Assembly: GCA_000002435.2 (NCBI GenBank)
Contig: CM018793.1
Origin: Giardia intestinalis
Taxonomy: Eukaryota
Strand: one strand, 5' to 3'
Length of the DNA stretch: 64,000 nucleotides
Under the pieces are notes generated by a model, which had not been told where the DNA came from, searched no databases, and was given only the letters and a program-made list of their open reading frames with translations. The translations under genes were made by a program, and so were the position numbers. Positions 54,101 to 64,000 of the stretch are shown here, one piece after another; position 1 is the stretch's first letter; each line of letters starts with the position of its first letter.

Positions 54101-57100
54101 NNNNNNNNNNNNNNNNNNNNNNNNNNNNNNNNNNNNNNNNNNNNNNNNNNNNNNNNNNNNNNNNNNNNNNNNNNNNNNNNNNNNNNNNNNNNNNNNNNNN
54201 NNNNNNNNNNNNNNNNNNNNNNNNNNNNNNNNNNNNNNNNNNNNNNNNNNNNNNNNNNNNNNNNNNNNNNNNNNNNNNNNNNNNNNNNNNNNNNNNNNNN
54301 NNNNNNNNNNNNNNNNNNNNNNNNNNNNNNNNNNNNNNNNNNNNNNNNNNNNNNNNNNNNNNNNNNNNNNNNNNNNNNNNNNNNNNNNNNNNNNNNNNNN
54401 NNNNNNNNNNNNNNNNNNNNNNNNNNNNNNNNNNNNNNNNNNNNNNNNNNNNNNNNNNNNNNNNNNNNNNNNNNNNNNNNNNNNNNNNNNNNNNNNNNNN
54501 NNNNNNNNNNNNNNNNNNNNNNNNNNNNNNNNNNNNNNNNNNNNNNNNNNNNNNNNNNNNNNNNNNNNNNNNNNNNNNNNNNNNNNNNNNNNNNNNNNNN
54601 NNNNNNNNNNNNNNNNNNNNNNNNNNNNNNNNNNNNNNNNNNNNNNNNNNNNNNNNNNNNNNNNNNNNNNNNNNNNNNNNNNNNNNNNNNNNNNNNNNNN
54701 NNNNNNNNNNNNNNNNNNNNNNNNNNNNNNNNNNNNNNNNNNNNNNNNNNNNNNNNNNNNNNNNNNNNNNNNNNNNNNNNNNNNNNNNNNNNNNNNNNNN
54801 NNNNNNNNNNNNNNNNNNNNNNNNNNNNNNNNNNNNNNNNNNNNNNNNNNNNNNNNNNNNNNNNNNNNNNNNNNNNNNNNNNNNNNNNNNNNNNNNNNNN
54901 NNNNNNNNNNNNNNNNNNNNNNNNNNNNNNNNNNNNNNNNNNNNNNNNNNNNNNNNNNNNNNNNNNNNNNNNNNNNNNNNNNNNNNNNNNNNNNNNNNNN
55001 NNNNNNNNNNNNNNNNNNNNNNNNNNNNNNNNNNNNNNNNNNNNNNNNNNNNNNNNNNNNNNNNNNNNNNNNNNNNNNNNNNNNNNNNNNNNNNNNNNNN
55101 NNNNNNNNNNNNNNNNNNNNNNNNNNNNNNNNNNNNNNNNNNNNNNNNNNNNNNNNNNNNNNNNNNNNNNNNNNNNNNNNNNNNNNNNNNNNNNNNNNNN
55201 NNNNNNNNNNNNNNNNNNNNNNNNNNNNNNNNNNNNNNNNNNNNNNNNNNNNNNNNNNNNNNNNNNNNNNNNNNNNNNNNNNNNNNNNNNNNNNNNNNNN
55301 NNNNNNNNNNNNNNNNNNNNNNNNNNNNNNNNNNNNNNNNNNNNNNNNNNNNNNNNNNNNNNNNNNNNNNNNNNNNNNNNNNNNNNNNNNNNNNNNNNNN
55401 NNNNNNNNNNNNNNNNNNNNNNNNNNNNNNNNNNNNNNNNNNNNNNNNNNNNNNNNNNNNNNNNNNNNNNNNNNNNNNNNNNNNNNNNNNNNNNNNNNNN
55501 NNNNNNNNNNNNNNNNNNNNNNNNNNNNNNNNNNNNNNNNNNNNNNNNNNNNNNNNNNNNNNNNNNNNNNNNNNNNNNNNNNNNNNNNNNNNNNNNNNNN
55601 NNNNNNNNNNNNNNNNNNNNNNNNNNNNNNNNNNNNNNNNNNNNNNNNNNNNNNNNNNNNNNNNNNNNNNNNNNNNNNNNNNNNNNNNNNNNNNNNNNNN
55701 NNNNNNNNNNNNNNNNNNNNNNNNNNNNNNNNNNNNNNNNNNNNNNNNNNNNNNNNNNNNNNNNNNNNNNNNNNNNNNNNNNNNNNNNNNNNNNNNNNNN
55801 NNNNNNNNNNNNNNNNNNNNNNNNNNNNNNNNNNNNNNNNNNNNNNNNNNNNNNNNNNNNNNNNNNNNNNNNNNNNNNNNNNNNNNNNNNNNNNNNNNNN
55901 NNNNNNNNNNNNNNNNNNNNNNNNNNNNNNNNNNNNNNNNNNNNNNNNNNNNNNNNNNNNNNNNNNNNNNNNNNNNNNNNNNNNNNNNNNNNNNNNNNNN
56001 NNNNNNNNNNNNNNNNNNNNNNNNNNNNNNNNNNNNNNNNNNNNNNNNNNNNNNNNNNNNNNNNNNNNNNNNNNNNNNNNNNNNNNNNNNNNNNNNNNNN
56101 NNNNNNNNNNNNNNNNNNNNNNNNNNNNNNNNNNNNNNNNNNNNNNNNNNNNNNNNNNNNNNNNNNNNNNNNNNNNNNNNNNNNNNNNNNNNNNNNNNNN
56201 NNNNNNNNNNNNNNNNNNNNNNNNNNNNNNNNNNNNNNNNNNNNNNNNNNNNNNNNNNNNNNNNNNNNNNNNNNNNNNNNNNNNNNNNNNNNNNNNNNNN
56301 NNNNNNNNNNNNNNNNNNNNNNNNNNNNNNNNNNNNNNNNNNNNNNNNNNNNNNNNNNNNNNNNNNNNNNNNNNNNNNNNNNNNNNNNNNNNNNNNNNNN
56401 NNNNNNNNNNNNNNNNNNNNNNNNNNNNNNNNNNNNNNNNNNNNNNNNNNNNNNNNNNNNNNNNNNNNNNNNNNNNNNNNNNNNNNNNNNNNNNNNNNNN
56501 NNNNNNNNNNNNNNNNNNNNNNNNNNNNNNNNNNNNNNNNNNNNNNNNNNNNNNNNNNNNNNNNNNNNNNNNNNNNNNNNNNNNNNNNNNNNNNNNNNNN
56601 NNNNNNNNNNNNNNNNNNNNNNNNNNNNNNNNNNNNNNNNNNNNNNNNNNNNNNNNNNNNNNNNNNNNNNNNNNNNNNNNNNNNNNNNNNNNNNNNNNNN
56701 NNNNNNNNNNNNNNNNNNNNNNNNNNNNNNNNNNNNNNNNNNNNNNNNNNNNNNNNNNNNNNNNNNNNNNNNNNNNNNNNNNNNNNNNNNNNNNNNNNNN
56801 NNNNNNNNNNNNNNNNNNNNNNNNNNNNNNNNNNNNNNNNNNNNNNNNNNNNNNNNNNNNNNNNNNNNNNNNNNNNNNNNNNNNNNNNNNNNNNNNNNNN
56901 NNNNNNNNNNNNNNNNNNNNNNNNNNNNNNNNNNNNNNNNNNNNNNNNNNNNNNNNNNNNNNNNNNNNNNNNNNNNNNNNNNNNNNNNNNNNNNNNNNNN
57001 NNNNNNNNNNNNNNNNNNNNNNNNNNNNNNNNNNNNNNNNNNNNNNNNNNNNNNNNNNNNNNNNNNNNNNNNNNNNNNNNNNNNNNNNNNNNNNNNNNNN

Positions 57101-60100
57101 NNNNNNNNNNNNNNNNNNNNNNNNNNNNNNNNNNNNNNNNNNNNNNNNNNNNNNNNNNNNNNNNNNNNNNNNNNNNNNNNNNNNNNNNNNNNNNNNNNNN
57201 NNNNNNNNNNNNNNNNNNNNNNNNNNNNNNNNNNNNNNNNNNNNNNNNNNNNNNNNNNNNNNNNNNNNNNNNNNNNNNNNNNNNNNNNNNNNNNNNNNNN
57301 NNNNNNNNNNNNNNNNNNNNNNNNNNNNNNNNNNNNNNNNNNNNNNNNNNNNNNNNNNNNNNNNNNNNNNNNNNNNNNNNNNNNNNNNNNNNNNNNNNNN
57401 NNNNNNNNNNNNNNNNNNNNNNNNNNNNNNNNNNNNNNNNNNNNNNNNNNNNNNNNNNNNNNNNNNNNNNNNNNNNNNNNNNNNNNNNNNNNNNNNNNNN
57501 NNNNNNNNNNNNNNNNNNNNNNNNNNNNNNNNNNNNNNNNNNNNNNNNNNNNNNNNNNNNNNNNNNNNNNNNNNNNNNNNNNNNNNNNNNNNNNNNNNNN
57601 NNNNNNNNNNNNNNNNNNNNNNNNNNNNNNNNNNNNNNNNNNNNNNNNNNNNNNNNNNNNNNNNNNNNNNNNNNNNNNNNNNNNNNNNNNNNNNNNNNNN
57701 NNNNNNNNNNNNNNNNNNNNNNNNNNNNNNNNNNNNNNNNNNNNNNNNNNNNNNNNNNNNNNNNNNNNNNNNNNNNNNNNNNNNNNNNNNNNNNNNNNNN
57801 NNNNNNNNNNNNNNNNNNNNNNNNNNNNNNNNNNNNNNNNNNNNNNNNNNNNNNNNNNNNNNNNNNNNNNNNNNNNNNNNNNNNNNNNNNNNNNNNNNNN
57901 NNNNNNNNNNNNNNNNNNNNNNNNNNNNNNNNNNNNNNNNNNNNNNNNNNNNNNNNNNNNNNNNNNNNNNNNNNNNNNNNNNNNNNNNNNNNNNNNNNNN
58001 NNNNNNNNNNNNNNNNNNNNNNNNNNNNNNNNNNNNNNNNNNNNNNNNNNNNNNNNNNNNNNNNNNNNNNNNNNNNNNNNNNNNNNNNNNNNNNNNNNNN
58101 NNNNNNNNNNNNNNNNNNNNNNNNNNNNNNNNNNNNNNNNNNNNNNNNNNNNNNNNNNNNNNNNNNNNNNNNNNNNNNNNNNNNNNNNNNNNNNNNNNNN
58201 NNNNNNNNNNNNNNNNNNNNNNNNNNNNNNNNNNNNNNNNNNNNNNNNNNNNNNNNNNNNNNNNNNNNNNNNNNNNNNNNNNNNNNNNNNNNNNNNNNNN
58301 NNNNNNNNNNNNNNNNNNNNNNNNNNNNNNNNNNNNNNNNNNNNNNNNNNNNNNNNNNNNNNNNNNNNNNNNNNNNNNNNNNNNNNNNNNNNNNNNNNNN
58401 NNNNNNNNNNNNNNNNNNNNNNNNNNNNNNNNNNNNNNNNNNNNNNNNNNNNNNNNNNNNNNNNNNNNNNNNNNNNNNNNNNNNNNNNNNNNNNNNNNNN
58501 NNNNNNNNNNNNNNNNNNNNNNNNNNNNNNNNNNNNNNNNNNNNNNNNNNNNNNNNNNNNNNNNNNNNNNNNNNNNNNNNNNNNNNNNNNNNNNNNNNNN
58601 NNNNNNNNNNNNNNNNNNNNNNNNNNNNNNNNNNNNNNNNNNNNNNNNNNNNNNNNNNNNNNNNNNNNNNNNNNNNNNNNNNNNNNNNNNNNNNNNNNNN
58701 NNNNNNNNNNNNNNNNNNNNNNNNNNNNNNNNNNNNNNNNNNNNNNNNNNNNNNNNNNNNNNNNNNNNNNNNNNNNNNNNNNNNNNNNNNNNNNNNNNNN
58801 NNNNNNNNNNNNNNNNNNNNNNNNNNNNNNNNNNNNNNNNNNNNNNNNNNNNNNNNNNNNNNNNNNNNNNNNNNNNNNNNNNNNNNNNNNNNNNNNNNNN
58901 NNNNNNNNNNNNNNNNNNNNNNNNNNNNNNNNNNNNNNNNNNNNNNNNNNNNNNNNNNNNNNNNNNNNNNNNNNNNNNNNNNNNNNNNNNNNNNNNNNNN
59001 NNNNNNNNNNNNNNNNNNNNNNNNNNNNNNNNNNNNNNNNNNNNNNNNNNNNNNNNNNNNNNNNNNNNNNNNNNNNNNNNNNNNNNNNNNNNNNNNNNNN
59101 NNNNNNNNNNNNNNNNNNNNNNNNNNNNNNNNNNNNNNNNNNNNNNNNNNNNNNNNNNNNNNNNNNNNNNNNNNNNNNNNNNNNNNNNNNNNNNNNNNNN
59201 NNNNNNNNNNNNNNNNNNNNNNNNNNNNNNNNNNNNNNNNNNNNNNNNNNNNNNNNNNNNNNNNNNNNNNNNNNNNNNNNNNNNNNNNNNNNNNNNNNNN
59301 NNNNNNNNNNNNNNNNNNNNNNNNNNNNNNNNNNNNNNNNNNNNNNNNNNNNNNNNNNNNNNNNNNNNNNNNNNNNNNNNNNNNNNNNNNNNNNNNNNNN
59401 NNNNNNNNNNNNNNNNNNNNNNNNNNNNNNNNNNNNNNNNNNNNNNNNNNNNNNNNNNNNNNNNNNNNNNNNNNNNNNNNNNNNNNNNNNNNNNNNNNNN
59501 NNNNNNNNNNNNNNNNNNNNNNNNNNNNNNNNNNNNNNNNNNNNNNNNNNNNNNNNNNNNNNNNNNNNNNNNNNNNNNNNNNNNNNNNNNNNNNNNNNNN
59601 NNNNNNNNNNNNNNNNNNNNNNNNNNNNNNNNNNNNNNNNNNNNNNNNNNNNNNNNNNNNNNNNNNNNNNNNNNNNNNNNNNNNNNNNNNNNNNNNNNNN
59701 NNNNNNNNNNNNNNNNNNNNNNNNNNNNNNNNNNNNNNNNNNNNNNNNNNNNNNNNNNNNNNNNNNNNNNNNNNNNNNNNNNNNNNNNNNNNNNNNNNNN
59801 NNNNNNNNNNNNNNNNNNNNNNNNNNNNNNNNNNNNNNNNNNNNNNNNNNNNNNNNNNNNNNNNNNNNNNNNNNNNNNNNNNNNNNNNNNNNNNNNNNNN
59901 NNNNNNNNNNNNNNNNNNNNNNNNNNNNNNNNNNNNNNNNNNNNNNNNNNNNNNNNNNNNNNNNNNNNNNNNNNNNNNNNNNNNNNNNNNNNNNNNNNNN
60001 NNNNNNNNNNNNNNNNNNNNNNNNNNNNNNNNNNNNNNNNNNNNNNNNNNNNNNNNNNNNNNNNNNNNNNNNNNNNNNNNNNNNNNNNNNNNNNNNNNNN

Positions 60101-63100
60101 NNNNNNNNNNNNNNNNNNNNNNNNNNNNNNNNNNNNNNNNNNNNNNNNNNNNNNNNNNNNNNNNNNNNNNNNNNNNNNNNNNNNNNNNNNNNNNNNNNNN
60201 NNNNNNNNNNNNNNNNNNNNNNNNNNNNNNNNNNNNNNNNNNNNNNNNNNNNNNNNNNNNNNNNNNNNNNNNNNNNNNNNNNNNNNNNNNNNNNNNNNNN
60301 NNNNNNNNNNNNNNNNNNNNNNNNNNNNNNNNNNNNNNNNNNNNNNNNNNNNNNNNNNNNNNNNNNNNNNNNNNNNNNNNNNNNNNNNNNNNNNNNNNNN
60401 NNNNNNNNNNNNNNNNNNNNNNNNNNNNNNNNNNNNNNNNNNNNNNNNNNNNNNNNNNNNNNNNNNNNNNNNNNNNNNNNNNNNNNNNNNNNNNNNNNNN
60501 NNNNNNNNNNNNNNNNNNNNNNNNNNNNNNNNNNNNNNNNNNNNNNNNNNNNNNNNNNNNNNNNNNNNNNNNNNNNNNNNNNNNNNNNNNNNNNNNNNNN
60601 NNNNNNNNNNNNNNNNNNNNNNNNNNNNNNNNNNNNNNNNNNNNNNNNNNNNNNNNNNNNNNNNNNNNNNNNNNNNNNNNNNNNNNNNNNNNNNNNNNNN
60701 NNNNNNNNNNNNNNNNNNNNNNNNNNNNNNNNNNNNNNNNNNNNNNNNNNNNNNNNNNNNNNNNNNNNNNNNNNNNNNNNNNNNNNNNNNNNNNNNNNNN
60801 NNNNNNNNNNNNNNNNNNNNNNNNNNNNNNNNNNNNNNNNNNNNNNNNNNNNNNNNNNNNNNNNNNNNNNNNNNNNNNNNNNNNNNNNNNNNNNNNNNNN
60901 NNNNNNNNNNNNNNNNNNNNNNNNNNNNNNNNNNNNNNNNNNNNNNNNNNNNNNNNNNNNNNNNNNNNNNNNNNNNNNNNNNNNNNNNNNNNNNNNNNNN
61001 NNNNNNNNNNNNNNNNNNNNNNNNNNNNNNNNNNNNNNNNNNNNNNNNNNNNNNNNNNNNNNNNNNNNNNNNNNNNNNNNNNNNNNNNNNNNNNNNNNNN
61101 NNNNNNNNNNNNNNNNNNNNNNNNNNNNNNNNNNNNNNNNNNNNNNNNNNNNNNNNNNNNNNNNNNNNNNNNNNNNNNNNNNNNNNNNNNNNNNNNNNNN
61201 NNNNNNNNNNNNNNNNNNNNNNNNNNNNNNNNNNNNNNNNNNNNNNNNNNNNNNNNNNNNNNNNNNNNNNNNNNNNNNNNNNNNNNNNNNNNNNNNNNNN
61301 NNNNNNNNNNNNNNNNNNNNNNNNNNNNNNNNNNNNNNNNNNNNNNNNNNNNNNNNNNNNNNNNNNNNNNNNNNNNNNNNNNNNNNNNNNNNNNNNNNNN
61401 NNNNNNNNNNNNNNNNNNNNNNNNNNNNNNNNNNNNNNNNNNNNNNNNNNNNNNNNNNNNNNNNNNNNNNNNNNNNNNNNNNNNNNNNNNNNNNNNNNNN
61501 NNNNNNNNNNNNNNNNNNNNNNNNNNNNNNNNNNNNNNNNNNNNNNNNNNNNNNNNNNNNNNNNNNNNNNNNNNNNNNNNNNNNNNNNNNNNNNNNNNNN
61601 NNNNNNNNNNNNNNNNNNNNNNNNNNNNNNNNNNNNNNNNNNNNNNNNNNNNNNNNNNNNNNNNNNNNNNNNNNNNNNNNNNNNNNNNNNNNNNNNNNNN
61701 NNNNNNNNNNNNNNNNNNNNNNNNNNNNNNNNNNNNNNNNNNNNNNNNNNNNNNNNNNNNNNNNNNNNNNNNNNNNNNNNNNNNNNNNNNNNNNNNNNNN
61801 NNNNNNNNNNNNNNNNNNNNNNNNNNNNNNNNNNNNNNNNNNNNNNNNNNNNNNNNNNNNNNNNNNNNNNNNNNNNNNNNNNNNNNNNNNNNNNNNNNNN
61901 NNNNNNNNNNNNNNNNNNNNNNNNNNNNNNNNNNNNNNNNNNNNNNNNNNNNNNNNNNNNNNNNNNNNNNNNNNNNNNNNNNNNNNNNNNNNNNNNNNNN
62001 NNNNNNNNNNNNNNNNNNNNNNNNNNNNNNNNNNNNNNNNNNNNNNNNNNNNNNNNNNNNNNNNNNNNNNNNNNNNNNNNNNNNNNNNNNNNNNNNNNNN
62101 NNNNNNNNNNNNNNNNNNNNNNNNNNNNNNNNNNNNNNNNNNNNNNNNNNNNNNNNNNNNNNNNNNNNNNNNNNNNNNNNNNNNNNNNNNNNNNNNNNNN
62201 NNNNNNNNNNNNNNNNNNNNNNNNNNNNNNNNNNNNNNNNNNNNNNNNNNNNNNNNNNNNNNNNNNNNNNNNNNNNNNNNNNNNNNNNNNNNNNNNNNNN
62301 NNNNNNNNNNNNNNNNNNNNNNNNNNNNNNNNNNNNNNNNNNNNNNNNNNNNNNNNNNNNNNNNNNNNNNNNNNNNNNNNNNNNNNNNNNNNNNNNNNNN
62401 NNNNNNNNNNNNNNNNNNNNNNNNNNNNNNNNNNNNNNNNNNNNNNNNNNNNNNNNNNNNNNNNNNNNNNNNNNNNNNNNNNNNNNNNNNNNNNNNNNNN
62501 NNNNNNNNNNNNNNNNNNNNNNNNNNNNNNNNNNNNNNNNNNNNNNNNNNNNNNNNNNNNNNNNNNNNNNNNNNNNNNNNNNNNNNNNNNNNNNNNNNNN
62601 NNNNNNNNNNNNNNNNNNNNNNNNNNNNNNNNNNNNNNNNNNNNNNNNNNNNNNNNNNNNNNNNNNNNNNNNNNNNNNNNNNNNNNNNNNNNNNNNNNNN
62701 NNNNNNNNNNNNNNNNNNNNNNNNNNNNNNNNNNNNNNNNNNNNNNNNNNNNNNNNNNNNNNNNNNNNNNNNNNNNNNNNNNNNNNNNNNNNNNNNNNNN
62801 NNNNNNNNNNNNNNNNNNNNNNNNNNNNNNNNNNNNNNNNNNNNNNNNNNNNNNNNNNNNNNNNNNNNNNNNNNNNNNNNNNNNNNNNNNNNNNNNNNNN
62901 NNNNNNNNNNNNNNNNNNNNNNNNNNNNNNNNNNNNNNNNNNNNNNNNNNNNNNNNNNNNNNNNNNNNNNNNNNNNNNNNNNNNNNNNNNNNNNNNNNNN
63001 NNNNNNNNNNNNNNNNNNNNNNNNNNNNNNNNNNNNNNNNNNNNNNNNNNNNNNNNNNNNNNNNNNNNNNNNNNNNNNNNNNNNNNNNNNNNNNNNNNNN

Positions 63101-64000
63101 NNNNNNNNNNNNNNNNNNNNNNNNNNNNNNNNNNNNNNNNNNNNNNNNNNNNNNNNNNNNNNNNNNNNNNNNNNNNNNNNNNNNNNNNNNNNNNNNNNNN
63201 NNNNNNNNNNNNNNNNNNNNNNNNNNNNNNNNNNNNNNNNNNNNNNNNNNNNNNNNNNNNNNNNNNNNNNNNNNNNNNNNNNNNNNNNNNNNNNNNNNNN
63301 NNNNNNNNNNNNNNNNNNNNNNNNNNNNNNNNNNNNNNNNNNNNNNNNNNNNNNNNNNNNNNNNNNNNNNNNNNNNNNNNNNNNNNNNNNNNNNNNNNNN
63401 NNNNNNNNNNNNNNNNNNNNNNNNNNNNNNNNNNNNNNNNNNNNNNNNNNNNNNNNNNNNNNNNNNNNNNNNNNNNNNNNNNNNNNNNNNNNNNNNNNNN
63501 NNNNNNNNNNNNNNNNNNNNNNNNNNNNNNNNNNNNNNNNNNNNNNNNNNNNNNNNNNNNNNNNNNNNNNNNNNNNNNNNNNNNNNNNNNNNNNNNNNNN
63601 NNNNNNNNNNNNNNNNNNNNNNNNNNNNNNNNNNNNNNNNNNNNNNNNNNNNNNNNNNNNNNNNNNNNNNNNNNNNNNNNNNNNNNNNNNNNNNNNNNNN
63701 NNNNNNNNNNNNNNNNNNNNNNNNNNNNNNNNNNNNNNNNNNNNNNNNNNNNNNNNNNNNNNNNNNNNNNNNNNNNNNNNNNNNNNNNNNNNNNNNNNNN
63801 NNNNNNNNNNNNNNNNNNNNNNNNNNNNNNNNNNNNNNNNNNNNNNNNNNNNNNNNNNNNNNNNNNNNNNNNNNNNNNNNNNNNNNNNNNNNNNNNNNNN
63901 NNNNNNNNNNNNNNNNNNNNNNNNNNNNNNNNNNNNNNNNNNNNNNNNNNNNNNNNNNNNNNNNNNNNNNNNNNNNNNNNNNNNNNNNNNNNNNNNNNNN
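27162..64000. other. Assembly gap (run of N)
   Basis: 36,839 consecutive n characters. Nothing can be interpreted here. Confidence 1.

Overview
The window holds 27,161 bp of real sequence (positions 27,162-64,000 are an N gap). It is very GC-rich eukaryotic nuclear DNA. Positions 1-24,838 are a head-to-tail tandem array on the minus strand of a ~5.47-kb non-LTR retrotransposon of the R2/RLE group. There are four poly(A) junctions, seen as poly(T) on the plus strand, and about 4.5 copies. Each unit is, in minus orientation, one long ORF, then a 2.1-kb non-coding 3' region, then poly(A). The ORF has two N-terminal C2H2 zinc fingers, a reverse transcriptase with the motifs TVDVRNAFNSV, GVPQGDPLS and VVAYADDLV, a CCHC motif, and a PD-(D/E)xK restriction-enzyme-like endonuclease. 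Each ORF begins 2 nt after the poly(A) of the neighbouring copy. Copy E1 (ORF 7432-10761) is fully intact at 1109 aa. E0 and E2 each carry one frameshift. E3 and E4 are riddled with small indels. E4 is 5'-truncated inside its ORF at 24,838, where it joins the same-orientation remnant of a 28S rRNA gene. That remnant (24,839-27,161, minus strand) is a collapsed rDNA unit: about 1.85 kb of 28S-like sequence, shrunken ITS2/5.8S/ITS1 relics, and the 3' end of an 18S-like gene. All of it is heavily mutated with an A/T to G/C bias, so it is an rDNA pseudogene. The canonical R2 target (TTAAGG/TAGCC) is present and unoccupied in this 28S remnant; the array joins it 183 bp further downstream. No other protein-coding genes, tRNAs or CRISPR arrays are supported.
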